Positions 22,771 through 29,857 of a DNA stretch of 32,000 bases are shown here, in pieces. The first letter of the stretch is position 1. Every line of letters starts with the position of its first letter. The position numbers and the translations under genes are program-made. The stretch comes from Propionibacteriaceae bacterium (GTDB taxonomy: Bacteria; Actinomycetota; Actinomycetes; Propionibacteriales; Propionibacteriaceae): NCBI GenBank assembly GCA_031256725.1, contig JAIRQE010000009.1, forward strand, positions 58,543-90,542, written 5' to 3'. Under the pieces are notes generated by a model. That model ran no database searches and was not told the origin of the DNA. It was given only the letters and a program-made list of their open reading frames with translations.

Positions 22771-23693
22771 GCGTCCGGCCAGCCGGGCCATACTGCGAAA
22801 CCTATTCCGGCTGATGTTGCTGTAGTCGCTGCCCTGATGAAGAAGGGAAGGGAACGACCCGCATCCTCAGAGGTCGCAACCCAGACCAGACAGGCCTCAA
22901 CGACGCTGTGCTGGCTAGTGACCAAGAGGGCTCGTACTGCTGTGGCATCCCGACCGGCAGGAAGGGCGTAGGCTCCAGGAGACTTGGGTGGTGTGATTCC
23001 AAGGTCAAGAGCAGTACCGATCAGGAATTCCCAGTCACGTTGGAAGGTGGCAAAGGTACGATAAACCTGATCACGGTCGGTACCCTGTCCTAGGAAACCC
23101 AAACCCGCCTGGAGTGAAAAAACAGCCTCGTCATATCGTCCAATCAATTCTGCGATGGCTTCAGCTTCAGTAGGAATCTGAATGGTCACGGTGGGATCCA
23201 TGGGAACAGCCTCACCATAGGAGTTCGTTAACCCCTCCTGGATCTGGGTCAGACTCGCAGTCAAACTCGCCCACAGAGCCGCTGCCAGACCTGTAGAGAC
23301 CTTCACCCGTTCAGTGTGGGCATCCACAGCGGCAGTGAGAGCCGTCTGGGCGGAGGTCATCGTTGTCTCGAAATCCAATCTGAAGGGCTCGCCCACACTC
23401 ACGTTCACTGCACGAATCCTGTTCAACGGATCAGGGCCAACCATCACCTCCCATTGGGACTCAAGGGTTTGGACCATGGCTGCCCACTTGGATTCATCAG
23501 GTTGGTGTTCCACCAAACCAGAGATCGCAGACCATGCTGTTTGAATCTCCTCAGCAGATTTGCGTACTTCGGTGGCAAAAACGGGATCCGTATCAGGGGT
23601 TGGTGGCGTACCACTGAATCGTGGATCAGAGAAAGTACATCCCGATAGGCACACCAGAACCAGGATCATTGAGAAGACAATGAGTTTTCGCAT
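22767..23693 (-). CDS. Putative secreted lipoprotein of unknown function
   Basis: [19 protein letters not shown] is a signal peptide with the lipobox L-S-G-C. ATG 23693 is preferred over TTG 23708. The mature part is helical and Ala-rich, with no family assigned. Confidence 0.65.
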   Translation of the reverse strand: MRKLIVFSMILVLVCLSGCTFSDPRFSGTPPTPDTDPVFATEVRKSAEEIQTAWSAISGLVEHQPDESKWAAMVQTLESQWEVMVGPDPLNRIRAVNVSVGEPFRLDFETTMTSAQTALTAAVDAHTERVKVSTGLAAALWASLTASLTQIQEGLTNSYGEAVPMDPTVTIQIPTEAEAIAELIGRYDEAVFSLQAGLGFLGQGTDRDQVYRTFATFQRDWEFLIGTALDLGITPPKSPGAYALPAGRDATAVRALLVTSQHSVVEACLVWVATSEDAGRSLPFFIRAATTATSAGIGFAVWPGWPDA

Positions 23694-23869
23694 GAGATGA
23701 TCGTACAATGGACGTGGGGATCATACCCAAAACCCAGTGCCTGAGCTAGAGTATATGCATGCTCTGACACTATCTTCTTTCCTGAAGTCAGTGAAAGGGT
23801 TGAGGGAGCATAGCGACCAGTACCCCCATGAGGGACAAGTGAACCCGACAATCGAAGAGGAGACCGGCG

Positions 23870-24337
23870 ATGAACTCGTTGCGCGATGTGGTTGAGTCTG
23901 TCCTGCTACGCCGGGGTCATGAACTTGAGGGTCTCACCCAAACCAAGGCTGGATCTAGAATCCTTGTCAAGATCACTATCGACGGAGATGGTAGTGAAGG
24001 CAAGGGTTTGACCCTGGATGAAATCGCTGAAACCTCCAAAGAAATCTCACAGGTACTTGATGAGACCAGCGCAATGGGGAATGCCGCTTATGTTCTCGAA
24101 GTCGGTACACGAGGAGTTGATGCTCCCCTCACGAAGTCCTCCCATTGGCGACGCAATACCGGTCGCCTCGTGAAAATCACAGACGTGGATGGCGGCAAAC
24201 TCACAGCCAGAATCCTTGACTCGGATGACACATCGGTCACCCTGAGCGAGGATCACATTATGGAGTACACCCAGATCAAGAAAGCCATTGTTCAAGTTGA
24301 GATGAATCGCGATGAACAAACAAAGGACGAGGAGTAG
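23870..24337 (+). CDS. rimP: Ribosome maturation factor RimP
   Basis: 155 aa, immediately upstream of nusA (3-nt gap). It has the typical RimP N-terminal domain (LEVGTRGVDAPL) and a C-terminal Sm-like domain. Confidence 0.9.
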   Translation: MNSLRDVVESVLLRRGHELEGLTQTKAGSRILVKITIDGDGSEGKGLTLDEIAETSKEISQVLDETSAMGNAAYVLEVGTRGVDAPLTKSSHWRRNTGRLVKITDVDGGKLTARILDSDDTSVTLSEDHIMEYTQIKKAIVQVEMNRDEQTKDEE

Positions 24338-24339
24338 TC

Positions 24340-25314
24340 GTGGACATCGATTTGAGCGTATTGCGGCAGTTAGAGCAGGATCGAGGGATCAAAGTAGAGG
24401 TAATGATCTCTGCCCTAGAAGAGGCCCTAGTTCACGCCTATGAGAAGGTACCTGGCCATTCCCAGGGTGCCCGAGTCACCCTTGATAGGCGTACAGGCAA
24501 GGTTGCAGTGTGGGTACCTGAACTTGATGACGAGGGTGAGAAGATCGGCGAAGTCGATGGTACCCCTGATGATTTTGGTCGAGTTGCCGCTGCGACAGCC
24601 CGCCAAATCATCATGAATCGTATCCGTGAAGCCGAGGACGAGCAACGCTATGGCCACTTTGTCACCAAAGAGGGCGATATCGTCATGGGTACGATCCAAC
24701 AGGACAAGGACTCTCGCACAGTACGCGTAGACCTGGGCAGTGTCGAAGCCATCATGCCCCTGGCGGAACAGGTCCCCACAGAGACCTATACCCATGGGAT
24801 GAAACTGCGTGTATACGTTTTTGCCGTCCGCAAAGAATTGCGCGGACCCCAGGTTGTGGTCTCGCGTACCCACCCTGGCCTCGTAGAAAAACTCTTCCGC
24901 CAAGAGGTACCCGAAATCTCAGAGGGGTTAGTCGAGATTCGTGAGATCGCCCGCGAAGCAGGACATCGCACAAAGATCGCCGTACGCTCCCGTTCCGCCG
25001 AAGTGTCGGCCAAGGGTGCCCTCATTGGCCCCATGGGTTCAAGGGTACGCGCGGTCATGAATGAACTTGCTGGAGAGAAGATCGACATCATCGATTGGTC
25101 CGAGGATCCTGCCGAGTTCGTGACCCAGGCCCTGTCTCCAGCGCGTGTCTCTTCCGTCACAATCATTGACCTTGTAGGTCGTAAAGCCCTAGTGATCGTA
25201 CCCGACTATCAACTGAGTCTTGCTATTGGACGCGATGGTCAAAACGCGCGCCTAGCCGCCAAACTCACTGGGTGGCGGATCGATATTCGCCCTGACAACG
25301 GCGAGCCCAAGTAA
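24340..25314 (+). CDS. nusA: Transcription termination/antitermination factor NusA (short form without AR repeats)
   Basis: 324 aa. N-terminal RNAP-binding domain, an S1 domain (GDIVMGTIQ) and two KH domains (GPMGSRVRAVMNELAGEKIDII; IGRDGQNARLAAKLTGWRIDI). Confidence 0.96.
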   Translation: MDIDLSVLRQLEQDRGIKVEVMISALEEALVHAYEKVPGHSQGARVTLDRRTGKVAVWVPELDDEGEKIGEVDGTPDDFGRVAAATARQIIMNRIREAEDEQRYGHFVTKEGDIVMGTIQQDKDSRTVRVDLGSVEAIMPLAEQVPTETYTHGMKLRVYVFAVRKELRGPQVVVSRTHPGLVEKLFRQEVPEISEGLVEIREIAREAGHRTKIAVRSRSAEVSAKGALIGPMGSRVRAVMNELAGEKIDIIDWSEDPAEFVTQALSPARVSSVTIIDLVGRKALVIVPDYQLSLAIGRDGQNARLAAKLTGWRIDIRPDNGEPK

Positions 25315-25316
25315 GC

Positions 25317-25544
25317 ATGAGCGCCCCTATTCGTACCTGTGTGGGATGCCGTACCTGTGCGCCTCAATCTGATCTCATCCGGTTAGCTTGGGATGGTTGT
25401 ACCGTGGTCATCTCCCGTACTGCCTCTGGTCGCGGAGCGTGGCTACATCCAGAACAGGCGTGTCTTGATCAGGCCAACCGCAGACGTACCATAACTCGGG
25501 CATTGAGAATCACTTCTTCGGCCCCGACTCCTACTCATTTGTGA
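25317..25544 (+). CDS. ylxR: YlxR/DUF448-family RNA-binding protein
   Basis: 75 aa with the RTCVGCR motif and GRGAWLH. It starts 2 nt after the nusA stop, the canonical operon position. Confidence 0.85.
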   Translation: MSAPIRTCVGCRTCAPQSDLIRLAWDGCTVVISRTASGRGAWLHPEQACLDQANRRRTITRALRITSSAPTPTHL

Positions 25545-25582
25545 ACGCTCACACTAGATGGAATCTAGAGTAGAGTGAGGTC

Positions 25583-26584
25583 ATGGAAACTCGTTCTTTT
25601 GGCTCGACTGGGCGCAATGTCAGTGTTATCGGTCTCGGATGTTGGCAATTCGGTGGCGACTGGGGTGAGGTCAGCGACCTTCAGGCCCTCAACATCCTCT
25701 CGACTGCTGTTGAATCCGGCGTGACTCTCATTGATACCGCTGATTGCTATGGTGATGGTCATTCCGAGGAACTGATCGGAGAATTCCTTTCCATGATTGG
25801 ATCTGCCGAGGATTTTGGACTCACAGTCATGACAAAGATGGGCCGCCTGGCTAACCCTCACATCGAGTTGGCCTACTGTTATGACAACTTCCGTGGCTGG
25901 TTGGATCGCTCCCGCAAGCTGTTGCGCATGGATCGAATCCCTCTGGTTCAACTTCATTGCCCACCAACACCGGTCTATTCCAACAACGAGGTTTATGACG
26001 CCCTGGATCGCCTAGTATCCGAGGATGTCATTGAGGCCTACGGAGTCTCCGTGGAAACCTGCGATGAGGCACTCACCGCCCTAGAACATAACATCGCCTC
26101 AATTCAGATCATCTGCAATATCCTGCGCCGAAAGCCCCTAGAAAAGGTACTGCCTGCCGCCAAGGCCAAGGGTGTGGCCATTATCGCCCGAGTGCCCTTG
26201 GCTTCTGGACTCCTCTCAGGTAAGTTCACCGAAACCACCACCTTCGCTCCCCAAGACCACCGTACTTTCAACCGTTTCGGGGAAGCCTTCGATGTCGGCG
26301 AAACCTTCTCCGGTGTCCCCTATGATCAAGGGGTCCAAGCCGGTCGCGAGGTGGCCAGGATTGCCGCTGAGATGCCAGGACAACCCACACCATCCCAGTT
26401 GGCTCTGCGCTGGCTCATCGACCAGGACGGAATCACCACAATCATCCCCGGCGCCTCCCGAGTAGAACAAGCACGCCTGAATGCTGAAGCCGCCACCCTT
26501 AAACCCCTCTCCCCCGAGATCCTAGACGAACTAGAACAGATCTACACCAAGTACGCAGCCCCCCACGTAGCCGACAAATGGTGA
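25583..26584 (+). CDS. Aldo/keto reductase family oxidoreductase
   Basis: 333 aa. GLGCWQFGG, the DTADCYGDGHSEE catalytic Asp/Tyr region, and QLALRWL...IPGASRVEQ at the C-terminus. Confidence 0.9.
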   Translation: METRSFGSTGRNVSVIGLGCWQFGGDWGEVSDLQALNILSTAVESGVTLIDTADCYGDGHSEELIGEFLSMIGSAEDFGLTVMTKMGRLANPHIELAYCYDNFRGWLDRSRKLLRMDRIPLVQLHCPPTPVYSNNEVYDALDRLVSEDVIEAYGVSVETCDEALTALEHNIASIQIICNILRRKPLEKVLPAAKAKGVAIIARVPLASGLLSGKFTETTTFAPQDHRTFNRFGEAFDVGETFSGVPYDQGVQAGREVARIAAEMPGQPTPSQLALRWLIDQDGITTIIPGASRVEQARLNAEAATLKPLSPEILDELEQIYTKYAAPHVADKW

Positions 26585-26622
26585 TGTGAACAATAAATGC
26601 TTCCTGGAAGAATAGTCATCCA

Positions 26623-26841
26623 TCATGCGTCATCCATCGTATCCTTGAGCCGCGTCATTTCAACATGATAACAAGCATTCGCGCTTCGCTTGATAGCGTT
26701 CAATCGTTCACATTCCACGTGAGCACGATCCTCACTCCACCATGCCGACACACACGTATAACATTCATGAGATGTATATTTATCAATGCGAACAATTAAG
26801 TAGATATGCCTATACTTTAGGTTAGGCTTGTTCATATTCAT
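26623..26841 (-). CDS. Small hypothetical protein (72 aa), putative immunity partner of the decayed cassette 6
   Basis: GGAGG lies 5 nt upstream of ATG 26841. The start overlaps by 20 nt the end of the upstream frameshifted reading frame. There are four Cys/His-containing positions but no recognised motif. Confidence 0.5.
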   Translation of the reverse strand: MNMNKPNLKYRHIYLIVRIDKYTSHECYTCVSAWWSEDRAHVECERLNAIKRSANACYHVEMTRLKDTMDDA

Positions 26842-27190
26842 TACTTCCTCCAGGTTCTGTAATCAATGAACCGAGATACTCACCAGTTCTAGAATCATAC
26901 ACATCACCCGTTCTACCGATTGCCACAGAATCAGCAGCTCCAACCCATTCCTCCATCTCTCATGCGATATCCAGGAGTGTCCATAAAACTATCTAAATAG
27001 TTAGCCAATTGATCACCCCCATATCGTTGGCCCACTGATGAGACTTATCACCTGGAACAGGATCAAAAGCAGTGATACCATCCCTAGTTCAACAGCGTCA
27101 ATAGGTTTATGGGGTTCATATCTCATCCACACCACGCCAAACCTTATGCGCCTCGGAAAAGTCCCTTTCTTAAGCTTGGAAAACGGTTCA
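26822..27190 (-). pseudogene. Frameshift-decayed toxin-tip remnant (cassette 6)
   Basis: In hand translation, three reading frames are open in staggered succession. They read ...KGTFPRRIRFGVVWMRYEPHKPIDAVEL / RDGITAFDPVPGDKSHQWANDMG / GDQLANYLDSFMDTPGYRMRDGGMGW / GAADSVAIGRTGDVYDSRTGEYLGSLITEPGGSNEYEQA*. This is a plausible globular domain only if about 3 frameshifts are repaired. It fills the otherwise empty gap between two cassette genes. Confidence 0.35.
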
Positions 27191-27664
27191 TCAGGTCTCA
27201 GTCATTGAATCTGAAGATTCAGATAAATACTTCGCCGCCAGTAACAACCGGAATTCTTGTCTATCTTCAACTGAAGCTAAAGCCTCATAAATGCCCTCAT
27301 GAACTGCGACCAATGGATCTGGATCAGTAACAAACAAGACAGCAGCCACGGCACGAGCCTTACGAAACATGTCCAGATAGTCTTCTTTTAACTGATCATG
27401 CTCAAATGCCTCAACCTCCGACAGGCGAAAATATAATTCATCATACTCTGTTGATAAATCTTCCAGATACCTTCTATCTTGCTCACTGGAAGACGCCCCT
27501 GATTCCAGCATCGAGAGAATAACTTCAATGCGTTCATCTTGAATCCCATTAAGAAAGATAGCTCTACGACAAACCTTTACAGCCAACAAACGATACCTTG
27601 TCTCATCAAGATACTCCAGATCCTTGACTAGATCTGGATATTCTGCAAATAACCTGGTCACCAT
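27191..27664 (-). CDS. Acidic all-helical hypothetical protein (157 aa), putative immunity protein of cassette 5
   Basis: Its ATG overlaps the stop of the upstream 73-aa ORF (ATGGTGA, 27658-27664). It is rich in E/D/L/R with a helical repeat-like character. Confidence 0.6.
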   Translation of the reverse strand: MVTRLFAEYPDLVKDLEYLDETRYRLLAVKVCRRAIFLNGIQDERIEVILSMLESGASSSEQDRRYLEDLSTEYDELYFRLSEVEAFEHDQLKEDYLDMFRKARAVAAVLFVTDPDPLVAVHEGIYEALASVEDRQEFRLLLAAKYLSESSDSMTET

Positions 27665-27879
27665 GGAACTCTTGCCGGTGTCACAATAGTAGCACCAGTT
27701 CTAACAATTTCTTCGACACAGTTGGGACAAACAGGACGCCCAGCCCCCAGAGTCAGACTGCCTCCAACTTCTTCTGCGTACTCTATGAGTTTAGTCTCGC
27801 CATTATGAATTATGACTCTAATGTCAACACCTTCACGAGTACCCTTCATCCAAACATCAGAGAAATCGACAAGATACAT
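27658..27879 (-). CDS. 73-aa ORF with a PVCPNC motif; putative small or truncated toxin tip of cassette 5
   Basis: Translationally coupled to the 157-aa ORF. It is separated from the upstream junction fragment by 87 nt that carry three in-frame stops. An alternative frame stays open across most of that gap. Confidence 0.4.
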   Translation of the reverse strand: MYLVDFSDVWMKGTREGVDIRVIIHNGETKLIEYAEEVGGSLTLGAGRPVCPNCVEEIVRTGATIVTPARVPW

Positions 27880-27966
27880 TGTCTCAATCCAATTCAGCTG
27901 GGGTCAATGCACGAACCGTACTAGACCTCAACTCCAAATCATGCTGCACCCGTGCAAGCTGCCCAT

Positions 27967-28359
27967 CTAGCACCAAAGCCTCCTTATGAGTAGAACCGCT
28001 GTGGCAGCATCCGAAGCCCTATCCGTAGTACGCGCCAAATCAAAAGCATTGGATGCAGTCCGAGCAGCATCAGCTATATCATCGATATGACCGACAGCAT
28101 TCACGACACCGCGAGCCATACCAGTGGGACTGATGAAACTCGTGACAGTCACAACACCATCAATAATGTTGTATATAGTTTCGTTGCCGCCCAGGAGATT
28201 GTCTTTGATGAAGTTCGTACCCGTGTGCTCGGCCACCATCTCGTTGACATCACGAGCTCCCAAATCCCCCAAACCAGGTATCGCGCTTTGTGAACAGCAC
28301 AAACCAACACCAAGAACACCCACACACAACAGAACCCAGATTTTATGCAAATAATACAT
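27967..28359 (-). CDS. 130-aa ORF: N-terminal hydrophobic segment plus a copy of the pre-toxin junction, ending prematurely
   Basis: Strong RBS (AAGAGGTGA, then ATG 28359). It contains the hydrophobic segment IWVLLCVGVLGVGLCC. Its C-terminal AVGHIDDIADAARTASNAFDLARTTDRASDAATAV aligns at 18/34 identities with VGHIDDAADTIRGVTNTLDTIKSVDKASDTATAI in the main toxin at 31897-31998. Confidence 0.55.
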   Translation of the reverse strand: MYYLHKIWVLLCVGVLGVGLCCSQSAIPGLGDLGARDVNEMVAEHTGTNFIKDNLLGGNETIYNIIDGVVTVTSFISPTGMARGVVNAVGHIDDIADAARTASNAFDLARTTDRASDAATAVLLIRRLWC

Positions 28360-28381
28360 ATATCACCTCTTTCGCGACCAC

Positions 28382-28417
28382 GCAATCAATGCTCACTTAG
28401 CAATCAATGCTCACTTA
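28382..28417. repeat. Perfect 18-bp tandem duplication (gcaatcaatgctcactta x2)
   Basis: Checked base by base: 28382-28399 equals 28400-28417. The second copy contains the stop codon of the 136-aa ORF (28411-28413). The first copy lies in the spacer before the next cassette. Confidence 0.9.
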
Positions 28418-28821
28418 TCAGCCCTCACCCGACTCCATTGAGTATCACACACTTGCGCATCTTCAAAAGACTGCTGCTGCAACAGCACATGGTCAACAAA
28501 CCACACAGGCAACCGAACCGCATGCTCTAAAACATAATGCTCCAGACCCTGCGGCCACATATAGCATCCATCAGACAAATCCATACAACCAAGAACTTCA
28601 CCACATATCCGACACACCGCTTTCCCAAGGTACACCCGAGCTATGAGACCACGACTAAGGTAATCAGCAACAACAGTTCGCTCACCAATCGACCACGCAA
28701 CATCAATCATCTCTTCAGGCCTCGGCCAGTTATCATCACCATTGGACCAATACCCAACCATTTCAAACCTCACAGGCAAAATACTAGCCTCCTGGTGTGA
28801 AAACCTGCCAAGTACCCCCAT
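28411..28821 (-). CDS. 136-aa hypothetical protein, putative immunity/partner protein of cassette 4
   Basis: Starts 9 nt after the stop of the 95-aa ORF. It contains a Cys cluster followed by CRICGEVLGCMDLSDGCYMWPQGLEHYVLEHAVRLPVWF. No family was assigned. Confidence 0.55.
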   Translation of the reverse strand: MGVLGRFSHQEASILPVRFEMVGYWSNGDDNWPRPEEMIDVAWSIGERTVVADYLSRGLIARVYLGKAVCRICGEVLGCMDLSDGCYMWPQGLEHYVLEHAVRLPVWFVDHVLLQQQSFEDAQVCDTQWSRVRADK

Positions 28822-28830
28822 CTAGCATCG

Positions 28831-29118
28831 TCATATTTCCCTACCACTTACAAGAAAAACTGATGTCGGAGCTTTCACACCTACACCAAGAAAATCAGCC
28901 AACTGCTGTGCGATTGGTGCACCCCCTTCAACGGGACATCCCCCAGTCGAGCACGACAACAGACGCACATCCTGACCTTGCCACGCCGGTTGCTGTCGAA
29001 TTATCTGCTCAACTTCATCCGCCGACATTCCCGAAACTGTAGTAGGTGTGCCATGCCCAATGACATCGAAATAGCCTTCTTCTCCTGGGATTTTTAGCAT
29101 TTTGATTCGGGCTCCCAT
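28831..29118 (-). CDS. 95-aa ORF with a GHG...LLSC His/Cys dyad arrangement (clan-CD / CPD-like pattern); putative toxin tip of cassette 4
   Basis: YFDVIGHGTPTTVSGMSADEVEQIIRQQPAWQGQDVRLLSCSTG has a hydrophobic strand + GHG, 34 residues, then a hydrophobic strand + (S)C. The same order and context occurs in C80 cysteine protease domains and CHAT/caspase-fold enzymes. An alternative start at ATG 29100 has GGGAG upstream. Confidence 0.45.
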   Translation of the reverse strand: MGARIKMLKIPGEEGYFDVIGHGTPTTVSGMSADEVEQIIRQQPAWQGQDVRLLSCSTGGCPVEGGAPIAQQLADFLGVGVKAPTSVFLVSGREI

Positions 29119-29204
29119 CAGGGTTAGGAATTACATCTCCATCTAGAATATGGTGACGGCCATCATCCGCTTAATTGCTTTTGAAATTCAATGGGGTTTG
29201 ATAA

Positions 29205-29666
29205 CTACTCAAAGTACTTGGGGCGAGCATCCTTGAGCCCTTGGGGTACCTTTGCATCCTGGTGATCAGCATAAGATTTTTCGACCCAGAAACCATCTTC
29301 TTTCACCCAAAAATAAGCACCCACATCTCCACTGTACCCCCACACAATATCTTCTTCATCCGCCCAATAAACATAATTCTTGTCCCTCGCACGGAATATC
29401 AGATCCGCCTCAAACGGTGGCTCACTTCCATCAACAGTCACAATAAATAACTTATAGCTTCTCACGCCATCATCATCGTAATTCTCAATCACAGCCTCAT
29501 ACTGCCCACTAGGCGAGACGAAAGGTCCATCATAATCAAACAACTCATGATTATTAATCTCAGGAACCTCGTTGCGACTCGTTAACCCTCCGTCACGCCC
29601 AATCGTACAACCTGTAAAGACGCACACCACAACAGCACACAGAGTTATTATTTTGATTCTTTTCAT
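29205..29666 (-). CDS. Lipoprotein of unknown function (153 aa), putative envelope-located immunity protein of cassette 3
   Basis: MKRIKIITLCAVVVCVFTGC is a signal peptide with the lipobox F-T-G-C. AAGGA lies 6 nt upstream of ATG 29666, which is preferred over the track start at 29705. The mature part is rich in D/E/Y/W. Confidence 0.7.
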   Translation of the reverse strand: MKRIKIITLCAVVVCVFTGCTIGRDGGLTSRNEVPEINNHELFDYDGPFVSPSGQYEAVIENYDDDGVRSYKLFIVTVDGSEPPFEADLIFRARDKNYVYWADEEDIVWGYSGDVGAYFWVKEDGFWVEKSYADHQDAKVPQGLKDARPKYFE

Positions 29667-29857
29667 TAGTATTCCTTTCTCGTTATGTGTTGGGAATTTG
29701 GACATGCAGACCTATATGGCATGATATTTGCATGGGGATCCTCTATGTCATTCGCCCAATCAACTGCGGCAATAGTCGCATCCAGAATCCTCATTGTCCG
29801 CTCCACATCCTTCACCTTGCGTACCAGGCGAGATGAATCTACGGGTCGTAGCACCAA
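29666..29857 (-). CDS. Possible 43-63-aa remnant ORF (truncated toxin tip of cassette 3?)
   Basis: It exactly fills the gap between two cassette genes. Its TAA overlaps the lipoprotein ATG (TAATG, 29664-29668). There are no motifs, so it may be non-coding. Confidence 0.25.
   Translation of the reverse strand: MVLRPVDSSRLVRKVKDVERTMRILDATIAAVDWANDIEDPHANIMPYRSACPNSQHITRKEY

Noticed and set aside
27658-27879. Deaminase-fold toxin call based on PVCPNC
   Set aside because: No H/CxE zinc/catalytic motif at the expected 24-30 residues upstream (only YAEE at about 16 residues). In addition, 73 aa is too short for a complete deaminase fold.
29119-29204. An alternative-frame peptide ...DDGRHHILDGD... 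suggested a remnant AHH/LHH nuclease motif upstream of the 95-aa ORF
   Set aside because: The open stretch is only about 30 codons, bounded by stops, and a three-residue resemblance is not evidence.
28087-29450. Plus-strand ORFs in the AT-rich island (28345..28530, 28407..28646, 28537..28800, 28797..29042, 29241..29450)
   Set aside because: Their Pro/Thr/His/Gln-rich low-complexity products are typical of antisense translation. The minus-strand ORFs have RBSs, stop/start coupling and a lipoprotein signal.
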